Of a DNA stretch of 64,000 bases, positions 39,376 through 48,574 are shown piece by piece (position 1 is the first letter of the stretch; every line of letters starts with the position of its first letter). Origin of the DNA: a virus; IMG/VR virus record IMGVR_UViG_3300009103_000017, positions 9,907-73,906 of that record. One strand, given 5' to 3'. The position numbers were made by a program, and so were the translations under genes. A model generated the notes under the pieces. It made no database searches and had not been told where the DNA came from. It saw only the letters and a program-made list of their open reading frames with translations.

Positions 39376-40151
39376 AAGAAGAATTTGAACTAGGAACAGT
39401 CTATTTGGGAGATTGCAACGAAATACTTCAAAGTCTGGACAAGAACAGTGCTGAGGTCTGCGTAACTTCTCCTCCTTACAATTTGTGCAAGAGATATTCA
39501 AATTACAAGAACTCAAAAACATCTCAGTCAATGACGGAGAAATATGATAGATGGTACTTCGATGAAATGCCCGAGTGGGAATATCAAGGTTGGCAGCAGT
39601 CTGTTATTCATTCTTTGATCAGGGTTTGTAATAGTAGTATATTTTACAATCACAAGGTGCGATTTGCTTGGCATAACAGGAATATTTTTAGGTCGGAAAG
39701 CAACTTACATCATCCTATGGATTGGTTACACAAATTTCCAATTTGGTGCGAGATCATATGGGATAGATGTGGAATCGGCAATCCTTCTAGGCGATATCAC
39801 ACACAGGAGGAGAGAGTATATCAGATTGGGAAGCCAAAGAAGTGGAGCAACGAAATGGGTTTGACTAATATATGGAAAATTCCGCCATCTCGCAACGACG
39901 GCCATGTATGTACTTTCCCAGCTAAGTTGGTTGAGAACTGCATTCTTCCCACCACATCGACTGGTGACATAATTATTGATCCATTTTTGGGGTCAGGCAC
40001 CACAGCCACCGTTGCTGTTACCCATGGTCGCAGATTTATTGGGATTGAAAAAGATCAAAAATATTTTGATTTAGCTTGCAGAAACATCGAAGCCGCAATT
40101 AAAGCTAGTTCATCGCGAGACGTTAATTTTGTAGCCCTAACAGAAACATAA
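39372..40151 (+). CDS. N4-cytosine/N6-adenine DNA methyltransferase (beta class)
   Basis: VTSPPY precedes DPFLGSGTT; FIGIE. Confidence 0.92.
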   Translation: MKEEFELGTVYLGDCNEILQSLDKNSAEVCVTSPPYNLCKRYSNYKNSKTSQSMTEKYDRWYFDEMPEWEYQGWQQSVIHSLIRVCNSSIFYNHKVRFAWHNRNIFRSESNLHHPMDWLHKFPIWCEIIWDRCGIGNPSRRYHTQEERVYQIGKPKKWSNEMGLTNIWKIPPSRNDGHVCTFPAKLVENCILPTTSTGDIIIDPFLGSGTTATVAVTHGRRFIGIEKDQKYFDLACRNIEAAIKASSSRDVNFVALTET

Positions 40152-40154
40152 ACC

Positions 40155-40397
40155 ATGAGGAAAGAAATGAGTAATTTTACCAATGCCAGCGCGCGACGAC
40201 TGGCACGTCAGCTTTTTGACTTAGAGCAGAAGAAAAGAAAAGATATATTAGATGCGCTAGATTCAGATTTCAGAGCACAGGTGCTGGAAGCAATGGCTAT
40301 ATTGAACAGCGATATGCCACTAGAAAAGAGAGACACGGCCCCGATGAGGCCAATCCCACCACTTTATCCTGGTCATCACGACAACGAAGAATACTGA
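40155..40397 (+). CDS. Hypothetical protein
   Basis: ORF. Confidence 0.5.
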   Translation: MRKEMSNFTNASARRLARQLFDLEQKKRKDILDALDSDFRAQVLEAMAILNSDMPLEKRDTAPMRPIPPLYPGHHDNEEY

Positions 40398-40499
40398 TGC
40401 TGGGATTGATTTTTTCAACAATCGGCTGGATCGCGGTGGTTATGTTTATATCATACCTTATAGAGGGATGAGATACCAAGATTTTACATCAGATTTTTC

Positions 40500-40528
40500 T
40501 TGACATAAGCATAAAAATCTGATAATGT
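40500..40528 (+). promoter_or_regulatory. sigma70-like promoter
   Basis: TTGACA-17 nt-TAATGT. Confidence 0.7.
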
Positions 40529-40559
40529 ATATATACACACAATGAAGAAAGGCATATTT

Positions 40560-40820
40560 ATGTCACCAGAACAAGCACAGGAATTACTCGCCCGCCTCAA
40601 CGTACTTGAGGCGGAAAACGCCAATCTCAAGTCAGCACAAAAGAGAAATGGCTTAAAGATGAAGGTTTCGCAAAAGGGGGCTGTCAGCGTTTATGGCATG
40701 GGACGCTTTCCGGTCACTTTGTATGCAGACCAGTGGAAGCGCATCGACGACGAGCTAATTCAAACCGGCGATCTTGAAAATTTTATCGAGGATAACCGCT
40801 CTCAGTTGACTTTCAAGTGA
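40560..40820 (+). CDS. Hypothetical protein (coiled coil plus KVSQKGAVSVYGMGRFPVTLY)
   Basis: RBS GAAAGG; ATG 40560. Confidence 0.7.
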   Translation: MSPEQAQELLARLNVLEAENANLKSAQKRNGLKMKVSQKGAVSVYGMGRFPVTLYADQWKRIDDELIQTGDLENFIEDNRSQLTFK

Positions 40821-40823
40821 TCT

Positions 40824-40892
40824 TCTCGCAGTTGGGCCAGTGCCAGGGGGAACATCATAAACCGGCCCCGTGCCCGTTGCCCAACTGCGAGA
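40824..40892. repeat. 14-bp perfect inverted repeat / hairpin
   Basis: TCTCGCAGTTGGGC ... GCCCAACTGCGAGA. Confidence 0.8.
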
Positions 40893-41125
40893 TTTAATTG
40901 ATTAATAGGGGAAAAATGTTTAATCAAGATACCGCTGATGATATTTTTGATGATTTTATGACAAATCGCGTTGCACAAGGTGCATTATTTGCTGACTTCG
41001 TGTCGCTATTAAACATGAAAGCAGCAGAAAACGTAGAAAATACAGAAAAAATGGAACTTCTCACAGAAATTCTCAACGATTTGAAGCTTTTTACCAATCC
41101 AGCAGCCAACCAACTGGCTCATTAG

Positions 41126-41290
41126 ATGATGGTTGGCGACCTGATCCGATGTAACGGCGCGTATGAAACCAATATCGGAGTAGTATTGCATGATAATCCC
41201 GATGGCGGCACGGTCAAAATCTTTGATCAAGAGAAGTGTATCGCTTTTTGGGTTATTAGAAGTCAATGCAGGGTGATTTCAAAGAAGTGA
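41126..41290 (+). CDS. Dispersed VGDL-type microprotein
   Basis: MMVGDLIRC...IGVVL...RVISKK. Confidence 0.55.
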   Translation: MMVGDLIRCNGAYETNIGVVLHDNPDGGTVKIFDQEKCIAFWVIRSQCRVISKK

Positions 41291-41313
41291 TCAGGTCAAA
41301 AAAAGAGAAGCCC

Positions 41314-41517
41314 ATGGGAATTATTGAAATTGACTTAACTGGGCCAGAGGGCAACGCCTTTGCCTTGTGTTCTGCCGCTCGAACCATCGGCCGGGATCTG
41401 GGATACTCAGAAAACCGAATTGCTGCAATCTGCAAAGTAATGATGATGGGCGATTACGACGGCTTGATTAAGGTGTTTGATAGAGAATTTGGCCAAATTG
41501 TGACGCTATGGAGGTGA
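41314..41517 (+). CDS. Small phage protein (IDLTGPEGNAF)
   Basis: ORF; likely start ATG 41314. Confidence 0.6.
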   Translation: MGIIEIDLTGPEGNAFALCSAARTIGRDLGYSENRIAAICKVMMMGDYDGLIKVFDREFGQIVTLWR

Positions 41518-41845
41518 CGTGTTTACATTAATCGAAGCTACAGATCCAGAAGGTTTCAACGCCATCAGTCTTGCCCTAAATGTATTGGCGGACTTGATTT
41601 TTATGGGTGCTTTGTATTGGTCCTGTCGCAACTCACCCGGTGATCGGTGAAATGGTCCTGATTAGATATCAGGGTGAACAACTTTGCGGAATCGTCTTAG
41701 AAAAATTCAAGAGGCATGGCTATGGGAATCACCATGAATTGTGGCTAAAGTGTTTGTGGTGTGACGGGGAGATTGAAAGTATCAGGTACAATCCAGACCT
41801 GCACTTCATCCCGCGAAAAAAAGAACAAAAAGACTAAAATAGTTC

Positions 41846-41874
41846 TTGACAAATCCTAGAAATTCGGGTAATAT
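41846..41874 (+). promoter_or_regulatory. sigma70-like promoter upstream of the candidate ncRNA
   Basis: TTGACA-17 nt-TAATAT. Confidence 0.7.
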
Positions 41875-41879
41875 ATACA

Positions 41880-42365
41880 TATAAACAATCGAGATGCGCC
41901 TTGAGGATTGGCCGTGATAAAGGAATCCTTGTAACTGTGGTTAGCGACCCGTATAGCTTGAAAGTGTAGGGTAAGCGGCGAGAATCCGCGATGGCCCCAA
42001 AAATAGAAAGATTCTTTAAACATAATCAATACTTGAGTGAAGGATTTTAGCGTCCGATCAGCGCGAAGGTTCTTCAGTGTAGAGCAGTAATACCAAGAGG
42101 CATGTTCAAATCGTGTCCACGCAGGAAAAAGTACTGCGTGCCGCGACGCGCACTAGGTAGAAAGGCGTCGTAGGGTCCGGCCTTGGGTTGTGTGGTGAGT
42201 TGTTGTGCACGACAGCAAGCCTTCCACAAGCTCAAGTATTGTTTAGGTTTAATGATTCACCCGTGGGGGACATAGGCCAGATGGTTCTTACCAGTGGTTG
42301 CGTAAGCGAGGGAGTGATTCCCAGGGTAGGCTATGTCCAGTTGTGGAAAGTTGGGAATCCACGAC
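41880..42365 (+). ncRNA. Candidate large structured ncRNA (~490 nt)
   Basis: Own promoter, no credible ORF, several nested perfect helices. Confidence 0.55.
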
Positions 42366-42419
42366 AATTTTGTCAATGCCAATCGCGCGATTTTTTTCCG
42401 TTTCGCGCCAATTTTTTCC

Positions 42420-42448
42420 TTGACCTAGCGGTCAAGACGTGATAAGAT
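42420..42448 (+). promoter_or_regulatory. sigma70-like promoter
   Basis: TTGACC-17 nt-TAAGAT. Confidence 0.65.
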
Positions 42449-42479
42449 ATAGTATATCAACAATCGAGAAGGGCAAAAA

Positions 42480-42653
42480 ATGAGTTTCCTTTATCGTAAC
42501 TGGACAGTCCACAACCTAATTGGGCACCCTTTGAGTGAATTGGTTTTCTGGCTTGTGCGCCCGTTCGTGGGCTTGGCAAAGGCAGAAAGACTATCAGGCG
42601 AGTTTCACGACTTGACCATCCCTGTGCATGAGCCGGGCACCGGAAGGGGTTAA
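42480..42653 (+). CDS. Small hypothetical protein (WTVHNLIGHP)
   Basis: RBS and ATG after promoter; below ORF-track cutoff. Confidence 0.6.
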   Translation: MSFLYRNWTVHNLIGHPLSELVFWLVRPFVGLAKAERLSGEFHDLTIPVHEPGTGRG

Positions 42654-42654
42654 A

Positions 42655-42840
42655 ATGCTATTAGAGACGATCAATGGTAGCTATTTTGCGGTCACACGCG
42701 AATTTATTCGACGTATGACCCGCGCAGAGCTAGAGAGACACCTAGAGGCCCGAGGCTTTGCGGTGTATGACGATGAATCTACGGCTGAGTTGCGAGCATG
42801 TGCATTAGCCGACTACGACAATGAGGACACAACATCATGA
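42655..42840 (+). CDS. Small hypothetical protein
   Basis: ATG right after the upstream stop. Confidence 0.55.
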   Translation: MLLETINGSYFAVTREFIRRMTRAELERHLEARGFAVYDDESTAELRACALADYDNEDTTS

Positions 42841-42955
42841 TCATGAGCTTGCTTTCGGGCGCACTTGCCACCGCCTTGTTTATTGCTACCCTGAACATCG
42901 GCGAACCCACCGATAAAGACAGTCAAATTAATTTGTAAATAGGGTCACTTTTTCC

Positions 42956-42984
42956 TTGACTTTAGCTTAAATTTCCGGTAGTAT
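42956..42984 (+). promoter_or_regulatory. sigma70-like promoter
   Basis: TTGACT-17 nt-TAGTAT; leader TATATATACACACAATGAAGAAAGG shared with the 40500 promoter. Confidence 0.7.
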
Positions 42985-43019
42985 TATATATACACACAAT
43001 GAAGAAAGGGCTTTTTGCC

Positions 43020-43355
43020 ATGACCGAATCGACACGTTGGTATTATCGCTTAGGAAATCAGGACGGACACGAGTTCCTGTGGTCTGGTGCCGTAACTGTC
43101 AATCAGAAGATCGACAAAGCACAGGCGCGGCGGGTGGTCGCCAAGCATGAGCGGCTCAAACGTCTGCCCGCGCATACTGTCGTTGTCTCTTGCCGGGAGT
43201 TGGCACAGCGCAAGTGGACCGAAGCCAAGATCCGGCAGGCCACGACGGGAAGTGCACAGCCGACACCGGTTGCCGTCGCACCAAAGGCGTTCGAGGACGT
43301 TGGCCCGTCCATGGACGACATTCAGGCAATGCTCAAGAAGCACGGCCTAGCCTAA
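43020..43355 (+). CDS. Hypothetical protein, probably early
   Basis: RBS; GC-richer coding sequence. Confidence 0.65.
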   Translation: MTESTRWYYRLGNQDGHEFLWSGAVTVNQKIDKAQARRVVAKHERLKRLPAHTVVVSCRELAQRKWTEAKIRQATTGSAQPTPVAVAPKAFEDVGPSMDDIQAMLKKHGLA

Positions 43356-43563
43356 TGGGCTTTTGGTGCACGTCAAAAGGTCAAATAGCGTTGACCTATC
43401 CCAAAACGTCGTTTCTTGGCTTGTCGACGTTTTGGGGCATGAGTTACAAGCGATATAATCTGGTGTTGAGTGAAGACACGACAACACCATATGGCATTTT
43501 ACACTTTGGCCCGTTTGAGTTCTTCATCCGGCCCAGAGCAGTATTTCTTTAGGCGAGGACATT

Positions 43564-43773
43564 ATGAATAGTTATAGTAAATTTCCAATCGTTTCAATCC
43601 CATTTGCAGGGGGTTATTATATGTGTGTTGAGGGTTCAGCCCGTCATGACGCATTGAACCGCGCCGCACACGCCTTCAACATGGGCTATAGGGACTTGGC
43701 CGAAGACCTCAAGCAAGAGGCATTGACCAAGCCAGGCTGTGCATTTGAGGCACGCGAGAACGCTAACCACTAA
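43564..43773 (+). CDS. Hypothetical protein
   Basis: RBS GAGG. Confidence 0.55.
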   Translation: MNSYSKFPIVSIPFAGGYYMCVEGSARHDALNRAAHAFNMGYRDLAEDLKQEALTKPGCAFEARENANH

Positions 43774-43827
43774 CCAAAACATCCCCGAGGGCACTAAATT
43801 TAATTTGTAAATGAGGTCAAATAGTTC

Positions 43828-43856
43828 TTGACTTCAGGTGTGACTTAGGGTATAAT
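43828..43856 (+). promoter_or_regulatory. Strong sigma70-like promoter
   Basis: TTGACT-17 nt-TATAAT with AT-rich upstream element. Confidence 0.75.
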
Positions 43857-43928
43857 ATATATATATTGAGAATCGGAAAAGGTCCGAATCCAATATCACC
43901 ACACACTGTCTTTGAAAGGACAAACATT

Positions 43929-44198
43929 ATGAAGCGCGTACAAAGCAACATCGTCAACATCGGTTTCACCATCATGAAGGCTCAACAGGACGTTAAAGAC
44001 GGACAGGGCCGCACAAAGAAGACCAAAGCACAGGGCATTGAAATCAATCAAGCCGTAGTTAACGGCACATCAGCCGGTTGCACTTTCCGCACTATCAACG
44101 GTGCACAGAAGTCCGCTGCAATCAATCTGGACACCGAAGCCTTGCAGGACCTCCTGACGGCTGTTACTGAGGTGTTGGCTGTTAACGAGGACAACTAA
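43929..44198 (+). CDS. Hypothetical protein, paralog of 45174..45407
   Basis: KRVQSNI...NQAVVNG.SAG...KSA.INLD. Confidence 0.7.
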   Translation: MKRVQSNIVNIGFTIMKAQQDVKDGQGRTKKTKAQGIEINQAVVNGTSAGCTFRTINGAQKSAAINLDTEALQDLLTAVTEVLAVNEDN

Positions 44199-44325
44199 TA
44201 TCATGTTCAAGACTCCAGCACGTCAACGATCACGAGACGTTTCATTCATTGCAGGCCGCCGTGCACGACGCATCAAGGGCACCATTAACCGACCAATCCG
44301 ACTAAATGAGGATCTAAAGTAGAAT

Positions 44326-44514
44326 ATGTTCGTACAATCTAAAGTAAACACAGTACATAGGCAAAAGAACGGCGTAGCCATTAGGCAACGTCGAGGAGAA
44401 CGCGAGACACTGGTACAGTGGGAAAATGGCGTTCAGCGTTGGGTAGATACTGACGACCTATCCGGCACCATCCGACTCGTCGGCTCAGAAGTCGAGGAGT
44501 ATTACAATGAGTAG
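44326..44514 (+). CDS. Small SH3-like hypothetical protein
   Basis: RBS GAGG; LVQWENG. Confidence 0.55.
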   Translation: MFVQSKVNTVHRQKNGVAIRQRRGERETLVQWENGVQRWVDTDDLSGTIRLVGSEVEEYYNE

Positions 44515-44799
44515 AAGAAAATCAGTTGCACGCGCATGGTCCAAAACAAAAAGAAAAGGTTAAGTAATTAACGGTCAGCCCAAAAACACTTCAAAAGAGT
44601 TATTTATTTAACACTGACTCTTTAAAGGGGCGTTAGGAAGCTGACGGCTATAACGCGACTTAGTACATACCACAGCCACACACACGCTGTCAACGTTCAT
44701 TTGTTAACGGTGAACGCGTCAAGGCTTTGACGGGCGCGCATATATCACCGCTCCTCATCCGGCGTTAGTTAATTAACACGGGAACCTTGCAGATGTATG

Positions 44800-45830
44800 G
44801 CAAGGTAGGTGGAAGACCTACACCGGTTCCAACGTATGGCGGTGTAGGCAACGAACACATGTGTGTGTGCATGTGTGGTGATAGCCCACAGGTAGGGAAG
44901 TGTAGGTGTTCAGCATGCTTGACTAGTCACCGAGCACGTACCTTCTCCTACCTGTGGGCCGATGTGGGTTTAACACCTACATATGCCAGTTGATTTTCAC
45001 GGGCACGGGACAGCAAAACAGGCCAATTTCTAAGTGCTTAGAATCATTGACCTTTTACGATTTAATTGTTTTTTTCTCTTTTTTATGAGATAATATATAT
45101 ACGAAATGAGGGAATCACTACCCCTCGAAACACACAACCCCGGACAGCACCGGGAAAACGAAAGGGCCTAAACATGGCTATCAAGCGCGTACAGAGCAAC
45201 ATTATCAACCTAGCATTTACCGTCACAACCGAGGACGGCAAAGCAGGCGTACAGGTCAATCAGGCCATCGTCAACGGCGTTTCTGCCGGTGTGCAGCTCC
45301 GCACCATGAACGGGGCGCGCAAGTCGGCGCAAATCAACCTCGACACCGCAGCCCTTGAAGACCTGCGTGAGGCACTGACCGAAATCCTCGGAGGTGAGGA
45401 AGGGTAGGCCCAGCACCTACATTGTGCCCCTATGTCAGATAAGGTCGCTGATGTAGGATAAACGCCCATTCGACCTTACAGTATCCTACCATGTCGCACA
45501 GTGTCGACAACCTGACTACCCTTGACTACACACAACCACCTTGTAGTCAAGGGTATTCTTTTACCTACCTTACCTACATCACCATACACTCCCACACAAT
45601 GTGGTCGAGGGTAATAAAATAAATACATTAACATACCAGTAGTACAACAGCATACGTACACCCACGTCACCATACGTGTAGGTCTACAGTATACACAGTA
45701 GTACATGTAAGAAAAGAAAACACATTGTAAGCAAAAGTATTATATGTAGGTGTATGTGGGGAGAGGTGCCCCCTCCCCCCCTATGTGCCGGAATGTAAGT
45801 CGCATACCTACATGTAGGGTAATGTAGGCC
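44800..45830. repeat. GTAGG/CCTAC-rich, coding-poor region with perfect inverted repeats
   Basis: About 18 motif copies; IRs at 44884-44896/44947-44959 and 45517-45530/45542-45555. Confidence 0.7.
45174..45407 (+). CDS. Hypothetical protein, paralog of 43929..44198
   Basis: KRVQSNI...NQAIVNG.SAG...KSAQINLD. Confidence 0.7.
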   Translation: MAIKRVQSNIINLAFTVTTEDGKAGVQVNQAIVNGVSAGVQLRTMNGARKSAQINLDTAALEDLREALTEILGGEEG

Positions 45831-45910
45831 TAATACACGCTTTCAACGCGTAGAAAAATTTACCAGATTCGAAATATCAGACTAATTAAAAGTGTAAAAG
45901 GAGACCCACC

Positions 45911-46489
45911 ATGAAAATCACCAAAAAATATTTGCAGAAGTTAATAAGAGAAGAAACAACCAAGCAGCTACGAAAAAGAGCAAAGACAAATGAAAATAAG
46001 GTTCCAAGCGTCAGAAGGCCGGGATATATGATTGACCAGGCCGGGGCGGCCCAAGAAACGGCGAAAATACATGGATCATTGGCTAAGGATTTGGATAATA
46101 ACCTTTCTGTGGATCAAATCACCGCGATCTCCGGTGCAGGAGGATTCATCGAAACTCACAGAAGGGATTTGGAGAAGATAATGGCCCTTTCGCCGGCCGA
46201 GCGAGGGCCAAAGAACCCGGCATATAATGCATGGGCCAGTTGGGTGAAGAAACTCGACGAGAAATCGATGAAAGCGCTTTTTCGAATCGGACAATGGGTC
46301 TCCGAGCGCGGATGGGACGGAAGTCCACACACTAACTTTGCGGACGTATTTCATTATATTGCATATGAATTAGCGACGGAAAATATGGGTGCACGCGTTC
46401 GGTCAATCCCTGTAAGAGAAGGAAGAAACATTTCAGAACAACTTAAGTGGCGAAGAGGAATTCACCCGATCGCGAAGAAGAATTATTGA
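45911..46489 (+). CDS. Hypothetical protein with MKITKK..L..LI.EE leader
   Basis: RBS; shared leader. Confidence 0.7.
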   Translation: MKITKKYLQKLIREETTKQLRKRAKTNENKVPSVRRPGYMIDQAGAAQETAKIHGSLAKDLDNNLSVDQITAISGAGGFIETHRRDLEKIMALSPAERGPKNPAYNAWASWVKKLDEKSMKALFRIGQWVSERGWDGSPHTNFADVFHYIAYELATENMGARVRSIPVREGRNISEQLKWRRGIHPIAKKNY

Positions 46490-46507
46490 TATATTATTGA
46501 TATTGAC

Positions 46508-46756
46508 ATGAAAATCACCAAAAAATATTTGCAGGGATTAATAGAGGAAGAGGTGCAGAAGGTTCTGTTAAAAGAACAGCTCAGTCGCAGAAAATCTGAT
46601 CTTAACGATCTTTACAAGCGTATACGGCGCCTCCAAAAGCAGGTTCCTTGGACTGATGACGTAAATCACACTTGGGGTACCGATCTGACAACTGCTTTAA
46701 TGAGTATTCATACAATGTTGGATCATGATCTTAAGAAATCAAAGGAGGCGCCATGA
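46508..46756 (+). CDS. Hypothetical protein with MKITKK leader
   Basis: First 27 nt identical to the 45911 gene. Confidence 0.7.
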   Translation: MKITKKYLQGLIEEEVQKVLLKEQLSRRKSDLNDLYKRIRRLQKQVPWTDDVNHTWGTDLTTALMSIHTMLDHDLKKSKEAP

Positions 46757-47169
46757 AAATTACCAAGAAAAAACTAATTGCATTGATTGCTGAAGAATTA
46801 AGCGTGCTTTTGGAAGAGCAATCTTCTGATGAAGATGAAGATGAAGATGAAACTGAAGAAGAAGACGGGAAAGGTGGATATGAATCACCTAGAGATGCGC
46901 ACGTTAAGGGCTCGAAGTATGCAGGCGCCGGCAAGTTTATTGGCAAAGGTGGTAAGAAAGCTTTCCGGAAAGTACAGTGCAGGAAATCATGGAAAATACA
47001 TGGTCAATGGGTTCATGGTATGCAAGATTGCGCCAAATTGCTAGCTAGCGACGACGGTGAGGAGAAAGGCAACTCTTCAGGTAGCGCTAACAGCTCTAAT
47101 CAAAGCGAGCTCAACTCTCAGCGCTTAGATACAATTGAAAGGCGCCTTAGAAACGCCAATATTGCATAG
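46753..47169 (+). CDS. Hypothetical protein with MKITKK leader and acidic tract
   Basis: RBS AGGAGG. Confidence 0.7.
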   Translation: MKITKKKLIALIAEELSVLLEEQSSDEDEDEDETEEEDGKGGYESPRDAHVKGSKYAGAGKFIGKGGKKAFRKVQCRKSWKIHGQWVHGMQDCAKLLASDDGEEKGNSSGSANSSNQSELNSQRLDTIERRLRNANIA

Positions 47170-47755
47170 CCCTAGGGGCGTTCTTAATTTGCTGGCTTCA
47201 CTCTACCCCTAAGCATGGCCATGAAACCCGTTAAAACCCCATTACAGGCCTTCTAGGGTGCATTTTGGCGTAAATTTGGCGATGAATTCAATAGCTAGCT
47301 ACAATACTCACTCAATATAAGAAGAAATTGATACATATATTGTAGTTGATGTTCAAATTTTTGATTTTTAGGCGCTCAGTGATTGTTCTGATGGTGTAAA
47401 TTGGTGTAAATTGAACATAAAAGTCGATTTTTAATCAATAAATTTTCTTATAGGAGGTAAAAGGCCGCAAAATACTCTATTTTTCGCGAAAAAGGTCGTT
47501 TCTTGTTATATAGCGCTTTGAAGTGCATGATGCAGTGGCGTTAAATAACGATTTGACCTAATATCGCGATGGGATTTTAAGAATTTTAGCAGTACTGTAA
47601 AAAAATTCGTGCAAAAATTGCCGCTTTTCGGGGATTTGACTTTGGAAAAAAATTTCGTCGCGAATTGCGGGCATTTTTTATTTAAAATAAATCCGAAACA
47701 TGGCCTGCGAAGAGGCCTTTATCACCTTTTCTTTTATTGAGGGCTATTTACTAGT

Positions 47756-48523
47756 ATGAAACTTATAATGGAAAATTGGAAACAATTTCTTCTTAAGGAA
47801 AATGAATCCCCCCTGCAGGTTATGGTGTGTGGAGACAGTATTATGAATCACGCCTTTCCGCCATACAATAGTCGCAAAATATTGAAGAATTTGGGCCTAT
47901 CTTCTAAAAACTCATATATTATGAGGTATGCCATACCAGGCAATACAGTGGGAATGATATCGAGAAAACAAATTCCGAATGCTCTGAGTCAAGCGAAGCG
48001 GCGCGCCGGGGGATCTGGCGTGGTCGTGGTCGTCAATGGTGGCATAAATAATGCTCCGGGCTGTGGAATCGACTCATACGTAGATCGCCGCGGCAAAATC
48101 AAACCTCTCCCCGAATATAAATACAAATATCATAAAGTATCTGAAGTTAAGAAAGTGTGGGGAGAGATTGCTTCTAAGGTTATTGCTAGTGGTCAGAATA
48201 CTTTAGTAATAGTTCCCATTTTCAAAACTGTAGAAAAACCAAATATTTATCGTTCAAAATTTTATGGAAATCCAGCTTGGTACAGAAGGCGCGCCCAAAA
48301 GCGTATTGGATCTAAAAAGAGGCCGTATTCAATAGATGAGGCAATAAATGAAATAAATGCTTACCTTAAAACTTTAGCTGATAATAAGAGGGTATTTTAT
48401 GTGGACGAATTAGAAAACACAACAGCTGATCATGAAGATGGCCTACATTATACGAGATCTACGTCATTTAAAATTGCGCAAACTATAATTAATTTCGTAA
48501 AAGAAAAAATACACAGTAACTAA
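47756..48523 (+). CDS. SGNH/GDSL hydrolase with MKLIMENW leader
   Basis: GDSI, NGGINN, DGLHY blocks. Confidence 0.75.
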   Translation: MKLIMENWKQFLLKENESPLQVMVCGDSIMNHAFPPYNSRKILKNLGLSSKNSYIMRYAIPGNTVGMISRKQIPNALSQAKRRAGGSGVVVVVNGGINNAPGCGIDSYVDRRGKIKPLPEYKYKYHKVSEVKKVWGEIASKVIASGQNTLVIVPIFKTVEKPNIYRSKFYGNPAWYRRRAQKRIGSKKRPYSIDEAINEINAYLKTLADNKRVFYVDELENTTADHEDGLHYTRSTSFKIAQTIINFVKEKIHSN

Positions 48524-48574
48524 TGTGTGATATTGCGTGTTTTCAATTCTATTTATAGCAAAAGGAGTGACCTT

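Noticed and set aside
41880-42365. tmRNA, RNase P RNA or the 84 aa ORF 42188..42442
   Set aside because: No tRNA-like ends or GAGGAAAGTCC motif; the ORF lacks an RBS and runs through the next promoter.
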